Shown here piece by piece: positions 18,279 through 28,866 of a DNA stretch of 64,000 nt. This DNA comes from a virus. Made by a program: the position numbers and the translations under genes. The notes beneath the pieces were generated by a model, which saw only the letters and a program-made list of their open reading frames with translations, did no database searches and was not told where the DNA came from. The stretch's first letter is position 1; every line of letters starts with the position of its first letter. The DNA lies in IMG/VR virus record IMGVR_UViG_3300026382_000012, positions 1-64,000 of that record; one strand, 5' to 3'.

Positions 18279-19577
18279 ATGTTTGAGTACAAGGAATTTA
18301 TTAATCTAACACCTAAGCAAAAAGTTAAATATTTAGAAAATTGCATTAAAGAAAATAGTTTATTTGAAGAAATCCTAGTTAGAGTGTTTAATTCGAATTA
18401 TCATTACGGCGCGCGTTATACTAAAAAAGAAATAAATAACCTATTAAACATTTGCCAACAGATAAATCAAAATAACAATAACTGTGATTATCAGAAGATA
18501 TTAAATATTCTTGATAAACTCTTGTCTATTAGACAAGGTAATAGAAAAGAGTTCATAAAAGAACTAGTACTAAATAAAAAAATAAATATCAATGAGTTAT
18601 TTCTATTACTATCAATTTTAAATAAAGACATACAAATCGGTAGAAAACAAGCAAGAAAAATTTCTAATAAAATCGAATACTATCCATTTCAACTAGCAGA
18701 AAAATATTCGAATTCGTTAAGTAAAAAATACAATAAATTATATGCTCAATATAAACTTGATGGACTAAGATTTATCTACATACCAAAATTAAATATATTT
18801 GTTACGAGAAATCAAAATATATTAACCAGTAAAACCAATCCAAATTTAGAATATATAGAAGATAACTTTGAAAAACTAAGAAAAGTTATAAGAAATTTAG
18901 ATGACGTAGTTTTTGATGGCGAGATTTATTGTATAGATTGGAACACTACATCTACTATAGTAAAATCTGAAAAAGATAAGATTACAGATAATAACATTAT
19001 TAGGCATTTGAAATTTAACATATTTGATATAATACCGGCCGATGATTATTTAAATTACAATCCGCATAAAGATATTGTTTCGGAAATAGAATATCATAGA
19101 AGATGCAACGCACTTAATAAATTAAAAGACAAAATTAAAAACATTAGTCACATTAACATACTTGAAACATTTGAAATCAATAATGAAAACGATCTAAATA
19201 AATTATTTAACGAAGCAGTTAATAAATACGGTTATGAAGGTTTGATGATTAAAATACCAGAAGAATACTATTATGATAAGAGAGTTAAAGCTTGGACTAA
19301 ATTAAAACCAGAAAAAGAAATAGATTGTGAAATAATTGATGCTATAGAAGGCGATGGAAGACATATAGGAAAACTCGGCGCGCTATTATGTAAACACAAA
19401 GATAAAATCTTCAAAGTGGGTTCTGGCTTTACAGATGAAGACAGAGAACATCTATGGCACAATAAAGATAAACTAATTGGCAGAATAGTAGAAATAAACT
19501 ATCAAGAATTAACAAAAGACGGCATACCAAGATTTCCAATTTTTAAGCGAATTAGATGGGACAAAACATCTCAATAA
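18279..19577 (+). CDS. ATP-dependent DNA ligase
   Basis: KLDGLR, FDGEI, FDI, EGLMIK, WTKLK, VGSGF, PRFP. Confidence 0.95.
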   Translation: MFEYKEFINLTPKQKVKYLENCIKENSLFEEILVRVFNSNYHYGARYTKKEINNLLNICQQINQNNNNCDYQKILNILDKLLSIRQGNRKEFIKELVLNKKININELFLLLSILNKDIQIGRKQARKISNKIEYYPFQLAEKYSNSLSKKYNKLYAQYKLDGLRFIYIPKLNIFVTRNQNILTSKTNPNLEYIEDNFEKLRKVIRNLDDVVFDGEIYCIDWNTTSTIVKSEKDKITDNNIIRHLKFNIFDIIPADDYLNYNPHKDIVSEIEYHRRCNALNKLKDKIKNISHINILETFEINNENDLNKLFNEAVNKYGYEGLMIKIPEEYYYDKRVKAWTKLKPEKEIDCEIIDAIEGDGRHIGKLGALLCKHKDKIFKVGSGFTDEDREHLWHNKDKLIGRIVEINYQELTKDGIPRFPIFKRIRWDKTSQ

Positions 19578-19587
19578 GGAGTGTAAA

Positions 19588-20445
19588 ATGAATTACGAAT
19601 TGTTTTCCCAAATACTTAAAAAGAACATACAAAAATATGTTAAAGAAAATATAGGGAGCGATCGCGCTCCGTATTTCTATAACGAAACACCACAATATCA
19701 TGATGATAATACATTAGTATATTCCATTAAAAATTGCGATGCATATATACAATTAAGAATCAATAAACAATTACCCACAAAATACGACAGAACAGTATTA
19801 TATGAAGCTATAGAAAAGATAACTTACTTAATTTCTAGAATGCTATATGATAGATTTTTCTACGGTTATGAAATAGTTATTAAAAATCCATATTTTATAA
19901 CAGTTTATAATTATGCACATACTGCAATATTAAATATAAAATTAGATGGTAGAATTTATAAACTCAATGATGATGCTAATTTCTTAAATACATATTTAAC
20001 TGAAATAAAATCATTTTTTGATGTAAGTGCTAGATGTACTGCGGCCAGACATCTACTCAGAGAATATTTATACGAAGATACTGATTACATGTATTATATC
20101 GCGCCGATGGCATCAAATTTTTGTTGTATCACTTTCAATAGAAAAAATACTATACTTGATAATAAAATTAGCATAAGAAACATAATTGAAATAGTTATAC
20201 CCGAAATAATTAAAAATGCAAGTATTGAAATGGCATTCATTAATCAAGACATTTGTATACATATAAACATGGTAGGCAGAATAACAACTACAAAAATTAA
20301 ACATAATGCATTTGAAATCAATCTAGAAAATCTTAGAGAATTATTAATCTTACTGATTGAATACACTAAACGAACGTCAGATAGAGAAATAATAACTATT
20401 GAAAATGAAACGGATATAAATAAATTGAAAGTGCAATTGTTTTAA
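19588..20445 (+). CDS. Hypothetical protein (C-terminal motif family)
   Basis: Ends DINKLKVQLF. Confidence 0.7.
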   Translation: MNYELFSQILKKNIQKYVKENIGSDRAPYFYNETPQYHDDNTLVYSIKNCDAYIQLRINKQLPTKYDRTVLYEAIEKITYLISRMLYDRFFYGYEIVIKNPYFITVYNYAHTAILNIKLDGRIYKLNDDANFLNTYLTEIKSFFDVSARCTAARHLLREYLYEDTDYMYYIAPMASNFCCITFNRKNTILDNKISIRNIIEIVIPEIIKNASIEMAFINQDICIHINMVGRITTTKIKHNAFEINLENLRELLILLIEYTKRTSDREIITIENETDINKLKVQLF

Positions 20446-20472
20446 ACAAAAAGTTTACTGGGTAGTTTAAGA

Positions 20473-21162
20473 ATGCGTATAATTAAATACAGTGGTAGTA
20501 ATAAAGTAGAAATAAGAGCTGAAAGTTCTCCTGGTATAATATATCCGTTTCCGAAAGATTTAAAGAAGATTATAGATTTTATTGGGAAGATACAATTGTC
20601 TGAGTTTCATGTTGATAGTTTAGAACTATCAATAAATCCATTACGAATTATTATTTCAGGTACATTTCGAACAATAATTTTTAGTAAATTAGATACTTCT
20701 TTATCCTTAAATAACTCTATAAAAGAAATTATCATGTGGTTGTTAAATAATTTTAATACCTCACATATAAGAAAATTGGAAATAACAGAAACTGCAGATT
20801 CTGTTTTAATTACTTCTGGTAGTTTTACATATACATTGGTTACTAGTATTGCATTTCATAAATTAATGAATAAGCTATGTATTTATAAAGATTTGATTCT
20901 ATATAATCTTAATGACGAAGAAATGAACATTGTAAAAAATCAGTTTGATAAGTACACAAAAATAATATGCGAACTAAAATATCCTATCGTTGTGCATAAA
21001 GTGGATCAGGAAAATATAACTATAACTAAATACGCTAAACAACGAAAGACAATAAAGAATATACACGAATTAGACCTAATTCCTTTTATAATAGAAACGA
21101 ATATTCTAGATGATGAGTTAGAGAGATCTATATGCCAATTTATTAAGATGCAACTACTTTAA
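20473..21162 (+). CDS. Hypothetical protein (C-terminal motif family)
   Basis: Ends ICQFIKMQLL. Confidence 0.7.
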   Translation: MRIIKYSGSNKVEIRAESSPGIIYPFPKDLKKIIDFIGKIQLSEFHVDSLELSINPLRIIISGTFRTIIFSKLDTSLSLNNSIKEIIMWLLNNFNTSHIRKLEITETADSVLITSGSFTYTLVTSIAFHKLMNKLCIYKDLILYNLNDEEMNIVKNQFDKYTKIICELKYPIVVHKVDQENITITKYAKQRKTIKNIHELDLIPFIIETNILDDELERSICQFIKMQLL

Positions 21163-21173
21163 AGGAGGTTAGA

Positions 21174-22091
21174 ATGAAAATGTTCAATACAATAGAAGAG
21201 TTTTTTGAAGAATACTTTCCTGAATATGATGTGTCATATAACATTAATAAAATGTTTCTAACAAAAATGTATTATCCTTATTCTATTTATGTTAAATCTA
21301 AAGATGAAAGAAATTATTCTATTAGATTTGCTAATATATGCATTAAAATTGATCTAGATAGAGGCATTGATAAGGAGCAAGAGCAGCTAATTGATAACAT
21401 AAAACATGTATATGATGATGTGCTTGTTAATAATACGCGCCGTTTTATATCAGTAGATATAGGCAACCTCAGATTAATCACCTCAGTGATATTTGATTTT
21501 AAAACTAAACGATTTGAGTCAGTTATTTATGACATTTCCAATCTCGATACATTTTTTACCAATTCATTTCTGTATAAAGTATTAAAAAGAATTGAAGGGA
21601 GTAATAATCAATATGAGACTTTACAAGAGATTTATAATAAATATTTTGCCGAAAGACATAAATATATTGATAAAGTAATAGAGCATTTCTATATTACAAG
21701 ATGTATTAAAAAGGATACAAATGAACCAAAACCATATATAATAATTGAAAATATAACTTTCGATAATGTAATTAATTTTCAGAAATATTTGCGCTGGAAT
21801 AAAGTCACAACGAAACATTTTAAACAGCTTAAAAAATATTTTACATTCTATTTTATAAATAGAGTAGTTTCATATTTTAATATGATGGCTAGAAAATTTG
21901 ATTTGCCGGTTATCAAAATAAGTGAATTAAATACTAGCAATATATCAGGCGAAATTAACGATAGAGATTTAAAAGCATGTCTAAATATGCTAAAAATAAA
22001 CATTAACATAAGCAGAATAATTGAAAATAGAAATAAAAATAATAAAAATGTAATCGACGAAATAGAGAAATATATACCAATTGTATTGTAA
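21174..22091 (+). CDS. Hypothetical protein
   Basis: Long ORF after element/SD. Confidence 0.7.
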   Translation: MKMFNTIEEFFEEYFPEYDVSYNINKMFLTKMYYPYSIYVKSKDERNYSIRFANICIKIDLDRGIDKEQEQLIDNIKHVYDDVLVNNTRRFISVDIGNLRLITSVIFDFKTKRFESVIYDISNLDTFFTNSFLYKVLKRIEGSNNQYETLQEIYNKYFAERHKYIDKVIEHFYITRCIKKDTNEPKPYIIIENITFDNVINFQKYLRWNKVTTKHFKQLKKYFTFYFINRVVSYFNMMARKFDLPVIKISELNTSNISGEINDRDLKACLNMLKININISRIIENRNKNNKNVIDEIEKYIPIVL

Positions 22092-22113
22092 AACTACTTT
22101 AAAGGAGACGGAA

Positions 22114-22593
22114 GTGCAAGTAAAATTCGACGTGTTTGTTAAAGGAGATCAAGTACATGTATATCCTTATATCGAATTCGAGAAGAAGTTATTATTTATC
22201 AAATATAAACAAAGATACGATTTGTTAGAAAGCGATAATATAGATAGCAACTATATGTATATGCCGGCTGATGTTATAGAAAAAATTACTAATAATCGTA
22301 ACGATATTCTTAAAATAAACGCACTGAATATCGAATTCTTAAATATAGAATTAGATTTATATAGATTTTGGCATAGTAATAAAAATAGTTTATCTACAAC
22401 AATCCGCGCGGATATTCCTATAGAAACAAATGTTAAGCAGATAAGCAAAGATATAAAGAAGATAAAAAAGTATATAACCAAATGGTTCAACAAACAATTA
22501 GATAGATTACATAAAAGATATCAAGATGAATTGGAAAAGGAAGATTATATTAAAAAATTTGAGGATGCTTTGAAGAAAGCAATTAAAGAATAA
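22114..22593 (+). CDS. Hypothetical protein
   Basis: GTG start inferred from element/SD at 22092. Confidence 0.65.
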   Translation: MQVKFDVFVKGDQVHVYPYIEFEKKLLFIKYKQRYDLLESDNIDSNYMYMPADVIEKITNNRNDILKINALNIEFLNIELDLYRFWHSNKNSLSTTIRADIPIETNVKQISKDIKKIKKYITKWFNKQLDRLHKRYQDELEKEDYIKKFEDALKKAIKE

Positions 22594-22696
22594 AATAATT
22601 GGGATATAAAACAATTTAAATTATAGATAGTGTAACTATTAAAAACATTACCTAGTATTCTTATGGTATATTCAAACAACTTAAAGGAAGCGCAAG

Positions 22697-23404
22697 ATGA
22701 AGCTAACTATAAAACTTGATATTAACGGTATACATATACATGGTGATATAGGATTAATGAAACAATTAAATAACGATTTATATAAATATGTTAATAGCAT
22801 TATAAATAATAAATACTCTTTCGGCACAATAGTAGAAATATATGATAGTACATTCAAAGTAAGTTATAAAAAGTTCTCGATATTTAGTGTATACAGAAAT
22901 GTAGAAGACTTTAGTAACAAAATAAATAGATATTTGTCTATACTAAATACACTAGCATATATTAATATTGTTAAAAATAACAGCAACATTGAAGATATTG
23001 AATTTGATCTGTTAGATAAAGTTGTTAGAATCAATAATAATAATGACGCTCAAATTCAAATAGAAGATTTAACAAAAGAAAGTATAATTATAAGATATTT
23101 TCATAATTTAATTTTAATTTATGAAGATAACAAATATGATTTGCATAAAATTACAGAATATATAAATGAGCTTTATTCATCTGTACATAAAAATATTTAT
23201 TCAAAATATTTAACCATAATCTCGGAACAAGAAAACGCAATATTTGAGATATTAACTCTTAATGTTGAAGATTTAACTTATAGAAAATATAGATTGGTCG
23301 ATAACATATACGATGCAGTTATACATGGTATTTTAGGTGTATTATTTAACGATAATAAAATATTAAAAGAATTAGCGAATTTGCATAAATTGAAACTATT
23401 TTAA
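22697..23404 (+). CDS. Hypothetical protein (C-terminal motif family)
   Basis: Ends LANLHKLKLF. Confidence 0.7.
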   Translation: MKLTIKLDINGIHIHGDIGLMKQLNNDLYKYVNSIINNKYSFGTIVEIYDSTFKVSYKKFSIFSVYRNVEDFSNKINRYLSILNTLAYINIVKNNSNIEDIEFDLLDKVVRINNNNDAQIQIEDLTKESIIIRYFHNLILIYEDNKYDLHKITEYINELYSSVHKNIYSKYLTIISEQENAIFEILTLNVEDLTYRKYRLVDNIYDAVIHGILGVLFNDNKILKELANLHKLKLF

Positions 23405-23420
23405 AGGAGGTAATTAAATC

Positions 23421-24143
23421 ATGAAGTGTTTGGAATGTAAAGGTGATTTAAAACTATACGGTGCCGCTGCTAGAAAATCACATAATAAATATTACTTAAC
23501 ATCCCTATGCTATATTTGTGAAAACTGCAATAAAATGAACATTTTTTCAACTAGACCAAAAATCATACCGAATTTAGATATTAACTTAATTTACATACCT
23601 TTTATGAAAGAGTTAGATCATATTAAAATATTGTTTCCTGCTAACAGAATTATTATACATGGTATTGATAAAAAAGATAAAGAGATTACTGTGCCTATGG
23701 CGTATGACACAAAAAATTTAGTCAATATTATCAATAACTTTAATCTTAATGATTTAGATTTGCAATATATCGACCCAGAATATAAATGTCTCAATTGTGG
23801 GTCAAGAGAACACAGAATTAATGGAATTAATATAAATATTTCTAAGAATTTTACAATTACACGGGCGATAATTAAATGTTCTAAATGTAAACAATCAAAA
23901 ACATATAATTTTTATGATTCACCTATTCAAATACCACATATAGATATTATTAAGCAGAAGTACGAAAAATATGTTTCAAAATTAGATAAATATTGTATTT
24001 ATTTATCAAATATGGGAAATGTAATATTATATGGACAAGATATAAATACAAGTTATAGACTGAGATATATCTTATACAAGTATAATAGAGATGAATACAA
24101 CAATATTTTATTGCAAATTTATAGGCGCATAAAACTACTTTAA
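23421..24143 (+). CDS. Internally duplicated zinc-ribbon protein
   Basis: KCLEC..CENC..IPNLD and KCLNC..CSKC..IPHID halves. Confidence 0.7.
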   Translation: MKCLECKGDLKLYGAAARKSHNKYYLTSLCYICENCNKMNIFSTRPKIIPNLDINLIYIPFMKELDHIKILFPANRIIIHGIDKKDKEITVPMAYDTKNLVNIINNFNLNDLDLQYIDPEYKCLNCGSREHRINGININISKNFTITRAIIKCSKCKQSKTYNFYDSPIQIPHIDIIKQKYEKYVSKLDKYCIYLSNMGNVILYGQDINTSYRLRYILYKYNRDEYNNILLQIYRRIKLL

Positions 24144-24153
24144 AGGAGGCACA

Positions 24154-24843
24154 ATGAAAAAAATCGACGTAGAAGAAGTTTTTATTGCGATAATTTTATG
24201 CGGTGTAATGTTATTTGCATCTGTAATATTCATATCAGTATCAATTAATGAACAAAAAGTCACAAGATGTAAAGTAAAGGAAATAGAAACTAAAATTAGC
24301 AAAATAGAAGATATTGATAGAAGAATTAAAGATATCAATAAGAAAATTGATAATGTTGAAAAGAAGGTAGATAGCATAAATAAAAAGATTGATAAGTTTA
24401 ATCATATTGCTAATAATATAGCTGCGATAATTAAACATGTTAATAATAAAATCGATAATAAAACCGCAAATATAATAGCATATAATATTATAGAGGCATC
24501 TCTCAAATATAAAGTGCCTATTGAATATATAATTTCTGTTATGTGGGTTGAATCTCATTTCAACCCACATGCTTATAATAAGAGAACTAAATGTATCGGT
24601 TTAATGCAAGTAAATCCAAATATTTGGATATCAAACAATGAATTAAGTATTTTACTATACGGCATAAGAACTAATATTATGGTAGGTACATATATATTAA
24701 GATATTATTATGATAACTATGGTAACTGGAAAGATGCTATTATAGCATATTATGGTATGTCAACATATGCAAAGGAATATTATGTTAAAAAAGTATTATG
24801 GAAAGTGAAATGGGTAAAAAAGAAATTAGTTCAAAAAAGTTAA
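24154..24843 (+). CDS. Lytic transglycosylase (SLT domain) with N-terminal membrane anchor and coiled coil
   Basis: VESHFNPHA, GLMQV, NIMVGTYIL, AIIAY motifs. Confidence 0.88.
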   Translation: MKKIDVEEVFIAIILCGVMLFASVIFISVSINEQKVTRCKVKEIETKISKIEDIDRRIKDINKKIDNVEKKVDSINKKIDKFNHIANNIAAIIKHVNNKIDNKTANIIAYNIIEASLKYKVPIEYIISVMWVESHFNPHAYNKRTKCIGLMQVNPNIWISNNELSILLYGIRTNIMVGTYILRYYYDNYGNWKDAIIAYYGMSTYAKEYYVKKVLWKVKWVKKKLVQKS

Positions 24844-24865
24844 TACTACCTTAAAGGAGGCCAGA

Positions 24866-25738
24866 ATGATCAAACTAGATAGAGAAATAGTTTTTAGAAA
24901 ACTTAAAGAACTTCCTACACTTTCTAAAGTTGAAATAGGTTGGGGGTTATGTTCTAAACAACCAGATATAACAATTAATGGTAAACTATATGAAATTCCT
25001 CGGGATTTACATAAAGAACTTTATTCATCTGAATCGCCAATTAGTATAGGTAATGGAAGATATTTACTATCCTATAAAAAATGTTTAAAGATTCGAAAAT
25101 TTGTTATAGTAGATAAAAAATTAAGCAACTGGAAATATATAGGTGAGTTATCACATATATCTTCATGGGGGCGTGATATAAATGATGAAGTATTTGACTG
25201 TCATATTCAACATTTATTTCTATTTCTAAATTTGGAAAGAAGACACGGTGATGTACTTCTAATTGATAACAATATTCTTGTTATAAACGATTGTGCGAAA
25301 TTTCGTATATTTTATCCAGAAATAGTAAATCTGAAAGATTTACTTTATAATAAATTTCCGCCACCTCCAAATGATGGTAAATTAGTATTTAAGGAAATTA
25401 CTATTCAACCCCCTAAAAAACTTTTAAACAAATGGATACAACAAGTATGTAATACACATGGTATAATGCCAGAAAATTGGAAGAAATATGGTAGAATAGT
25501 TAGAAAAGTACAAAGAAAAGCAGAATTATATGCTGCATGGAAATTATTAAGAAAAGGTAAACAAGTATATCTTCCTAGTCATATAGTTTATTACGATGAT
25601 GAAGCTAATTTGCATACATATTGTTTAGTAGGAACTCCAGCTATAAGAGGAGTATTTATTGCTGAAAAAGAAGATTATATTTTCGATATCTTCTCTACGA
25701 AAGAACCTGTTTATAAAATAAAAACTTCAGTGCTCTAA
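24866..25738 (+). CDS. Hypothetical protein
   Basis: 290-aa ORF after element/SD. Confidence 0.7.
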   Translation: MIKLDREIVFRKLKELPTLSKVEIGWGLCSKQPDITINGKLYEIPRDLHKELYSSESPISIGNGRYLLSYKKCLKIRKFVIVDKKLSNWKYIGELSHISSWGRDINDEVFDCHIQHLFLFLNLERRHGDVLLIDNNILVINDCAKFRIFYPEIVNLKDLLYNKFPPPPNDGKLVFKEITIQPPKKLLNKWIQQVCNTHGIMPENWKKYGRIVRKVQRKAELYAAWKLLRKGKQVYLPSHIVYYDDEANLHTYCLVGTPAIRGVFIAEKEDYIFDIFSTKEPVYKIKTSVL

Positions 25739-25868
25739 CTACTTTATGCTCCTCCATTCCTACTTAAACTTATTAAAAATTAAGTAGGAATTTTGGAGCA
25801 CGGAGATTCATAAAGAACCTCATTACTACCCACTATCCCTTTAGATAGGGATTCGTGGGATACCTTTA
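25728..25868 (-). ncRNA. Predicted TnpB omegaRNA of element 1 (scaffold plus flank-derived guide)
   Basis: Nested hairpins TATCCCAC..TCCCT/AGGGA..GTGGGTA and GTGCTCC..ATTCCTACTTAA/TTAAGTAGGAAT..GGAGCAT, shared with the other two elements. Confidence 0.65.
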
Positions 25869-27240
25869 AAAGTAGGTTATATAATGAACTCTGAATATCA
25901 GACATAAATATTCTTATAGGTCTCGCTAACTTATCCAGCCAAATATTAAAAGGCAAACAATTAACTATATCCTTTCTGACTTTCTTAATGATGTTCAAAG
26001 CGCCGTTGCAATCGGCATTCCAGATTTTATTAAGTTTTAAATCTTTGAAAAGACCTCTTTTTATTCTCTTGCCGTTATAAGATTCTTTCTTTGATGGTTG
26101 TTCAGTTAAAGCTGAACATTTAGATGTATAAGATTCATCTACTTCCACAACTTTAATACCGAATTTCTCACATTTGTATTTTAATTGCTCAATTAACATT
26201 CTAAAAGGCAAATAAACAAAATTTTGATTTGTTCTATCACCCAAATTAATTTCTTGTTTACTTTCAATTGCAGATTTACCTATTATAACATGCTTAATAC
26301 CAAATAATAGAAATAAGGTAACTAATTTGGATGTAATTTGATGGAACATACTTTTAATTCTTCTTGCTCTATAACGTTCTAATTTACGCCTCAATATTTT
26401 ATTTTCTCTTGATTGTAACTCAGCTTTGATTTTATTATACCATTGATTAAACGACTTAAACTCTTTACCATTAATTATTAATGACTTAAATTCTGGATGA
26501 TTGGAAACAATAGTCATGAGATTATCTAGTCCTAAATCTATACCAGCTACATATTTATCGTTCTTTATATTAGATAATTTAGGAATGTGTATTTTATATA
26601 CTACCTGTATGTAATAGTCGTCTAATTTCTTAACAACTCTCACAGAAGTGATTTTTTCCTCAAAATATTTAGGTAATTTGATTTTAATATTGGATTTTTT
26701 TGAATTTAATTTTAGTTGTATTACTCTACCTTTAGCTGATTCTATAATTTTAAATACTAAACTGCTAAATTCAATAGAGCAATTATTGACTCTTTCTATT
26801 TTCTTTGGTATTGGTGGTTTTGGCGGTGATTTAAATTTTGTTGGGTCTTTCTTATATTCATGAATAGCGGCGAAATATGATTTATAATTATTTGCTATTT
26901 CTTTGATTAATGCTTGAAATAAAGCATTGCCTAAATATTCTTTAATATTCTTTAGTTGTATATACAATTGTTTGTTTATACTGTCTGTTAATAATTCAGT
27001 TTCATATTGTTTCTTGAGTGAGATTTTCTTACTATAATCGCCACGGTTATAAATTTTACCAGTAAATAGTAAATTAAGATTTTGCAATGTTATACCTATT
27101 TTGACAAAAAATTTAAAATTTCTATTGATTAATAAATAAAACATATTCTTTGCATGGACATATGTCTTACATAACTTCATAACTTTCTTCTTTCTATCAC
27201 CTCGAATTCTGATTTCCAGAATATGGTTGATTGTCTTCAC
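25780..27240 (-). CDS. tnpB: TnpB RNA-guided nuclease (IS607 type)
   Basis: GIDLG, LKYK, VDESYTS, NADCNGALNI. Confidence 0.92.
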   Translation of the reverse strand: MKTINHILEIRIRGDRKKKVMKLCKTYVHAKNMFYLLINRNFKFFVKIGITLQNLNLLFTGKIYNRGDYSKKISLKKQYETELLTDSINKQLYIQLKNIKEYLGNALFQALIKEIANNYKSYFAAIHEYKKDPTKFKSPPKPPIPKKIERVNNCSIEFSSLVFKIIESAKGRVIQLKLNSKKSNIKIKLPKYFEEKITSVRVVKKLDDYYIQVVYKIHIPKLSNIKNDKYVAGIDLGLDNLMTIVSNHPEFKSLIINGKEFKSFNQWYNKIKAELQSRENKILRRKLERYRARRIKSMFHQITSKLVTLFLLFGIKHVIIGKSAIESKQEINLGDRTNQNFVYLPFRMLIEQLKYKCEKFGIKVVEVDESYTSKCSALTEQPSKKESYNGKRIKRGLFKDLKLNKIWNADCNGALNIIKKVRKDIVNCLPFNIWLDKLARPIRIFMSDIQSSLYNLLLKVSHESLSKGIVGSNEVLYESPCSKIPT

Positions 27241-27843
27241 CTAATAACTCCTTTGCTTTCTGCTCTAATTCAGAAATTTTTTATAACTTCGCGCACCATA
27301 TAATTTCATAGCGTAATAATGAATAAGATGAACTAATTCTTCAATTATATCTTTTGTAGTATCATCATGATTATCAATCTGTGATATGACTATAAGTTCT
27401 ACATCATGTAATTCACATAGTCTTTGTACTAGATCAAATCCAATTCTCGTAAGTCTATCTTTCGAAGCTATTATAACTTTATCTACAAGTTCATAACTTA
27501 TTAGTTTAATTAATTCGGAAAATCCCTTTCTATTAAAATTAACAGATGAACCTACATCTGTTATAATTTTGATTTTTCTAATGGTATTCCTAATTTATGA
27601 CAAAATTGTTCGCAAAATTGAACCTGATTTTCTAAATGTTTTCTGTGACTTAGTCGAAACTCTAGCATATATAATTGTATGTTTAGTTTGTAATTTGCCA
27701 AGCTGGTATAACTTACGAAGATGTTGTTCTGTATACCTTCTATGACCGCCTGGAGTGCGTTATGGCTGTAATAAATCATCGTATTTTCGCAATGTAGATA
27801 TACTTAAACCTGTTAACTTACTAAATTCCTCCAAAGTATACAT
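27230..27843 (-). pseudogene. tnpA: IS607 TnpA serine recombinase pseudogene
   Basis: MYTLEEFSKLTGLSISTLRKY...QP*RTPGGHRRY with in-frame TAA at 27762-27760; YARVST, then at least two frameshifts; later DRLTRIGFD. Confidence 0.88.
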
Positions 27844-27956
27844 GATTCCTACTCCTTATTAATTTTTATAGTAGATTTTACTATCTTCTAATAGATTATT
27901 CACTATTTTTTTGTCTATTAATAGTACTGTTTTGTACTACATATAAGCAAAAATAA

Positions 27957-27995
27957 AAATACCTGGGGCGTATAAAAATACAACCCCAGGTATTT
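27957..27995. terminator. Probable bidirectional terminator between convergent blocks
   Basis: AAATACCTGGGG...CCCCAGGTATTT inverted repeat. Confidence 0.75.
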
Positions 27996-28004
27996 ATTAA
28001 TTTA

Positions 28005-28790
28005 TTAGCTACCTATCGGCGATACATTATCGGTAACATTAAGCAGATTAGCTATAAGATCATCAGCGCCAATTGAAGATTTATTATCAGACGCAAATTT
28101 ATTAAGGAAATCTGCAGCTAATTGTTTTAAATCAGGTTTATAATCATCTGTTAATGGATATCCATCAAATCTATATGTATATGTCATTACAACTTCAGAT
28201 TGACCTGCAAGGTCATCATCTAGTGCATTTGATTGATCGTCTTGCGGTACTATACCTGGATACGCCCAAACATTTTCTATATGTTTAGGTGTAAATGTAG
28301 AAAATGCATTACCAGTTGTATATCTATTCATCGCGCCGATAGGCTTTGTTTTAATTACTATCATATTTCCTTTATATTCTTTAGGAGTAAATTCATTTAG
28401 TGCAGACATGCCTGTATATGGATCAAATAACATATTAATCCATTTACTATGAATTCTCCATATTGGAGAATCTTGGTAATCATAATATGTTACAGAGATA
28501 TCTCTGGAAAATGTAGAACCTGCGGCGTAAGAATGTTGTACGCCGCCCATAGCATTAAGATCAATCAAATTAAGTGTTTTCGAATGCGGTGTAAAATTAG
28601 TAGCTGTAGCTGAAATCCATTTTCTAGCAAATTCTCTTTCCTGATCATTAAAAATACCATCAGGAAGATCTATAATAACAAAGAAATATCCTTTTATTTT
28701 TGGATGTATTGCAGATTTACCTATATTAGCTCTTGTAATTACATCTGGACTATTAGTACCAATTACATTAATAAGTTCATCATATGCCAT
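28005..28790 (-). CDS. Tail tube protein (gp19-like)
   Basis: Follows sheath; ISVTYYD..IWRIHSKW..YKG..YPGIVP..YTYRFD pattern. Confidence 0.72.
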   Translation of the reverse strand: MAYDELINVIGTNSPDVITRANIGKSAIHPKIKGYFFVIIDLPDGIFNDQEREFARKWISATATNFTPHSKTLNLIDLNAMGGVQHSYAAGSTFSRDISVTYYDYQDSPIWRIHSKWINMLFDPYTGMSALNEFTPKEYKGNMIVIKTKPIGAMNRYTTGNAFSTFTPKHIENVWAYPGIVPQDDQSNALDDDLAGQSEVVMTYTYRFDGYPLTDDYKPDLKQLAADFLNKFASDNKSSIGADDLIANLLNVTDNVSPIGS

Positions 28791-28827
28791 GATTCGTGGC
28801 TCCTAATTTTAAAATTATTAAGGAATA

Positions 28828-28850
28828 GGGCGGGAATATTATTCCCGCCC
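28828..28850 (-). terminator. GC hairpin between sheath and tube genes
   Basis: GGGCGGGAAT-ATT-ATTCCCGCCC. Confidence 0.55.
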
Positions 28851-28866
28851 GAAATACAAAATTAAA

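Larger units (their letters stand above)
25747..27945 (-). mobile_element. IS607-family element 1 (tnpA pseudogene, intact tnpB); left end approximate
   Basis: tnpA remnant plus tnpB plus structured right end. Confidence 0.85.
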
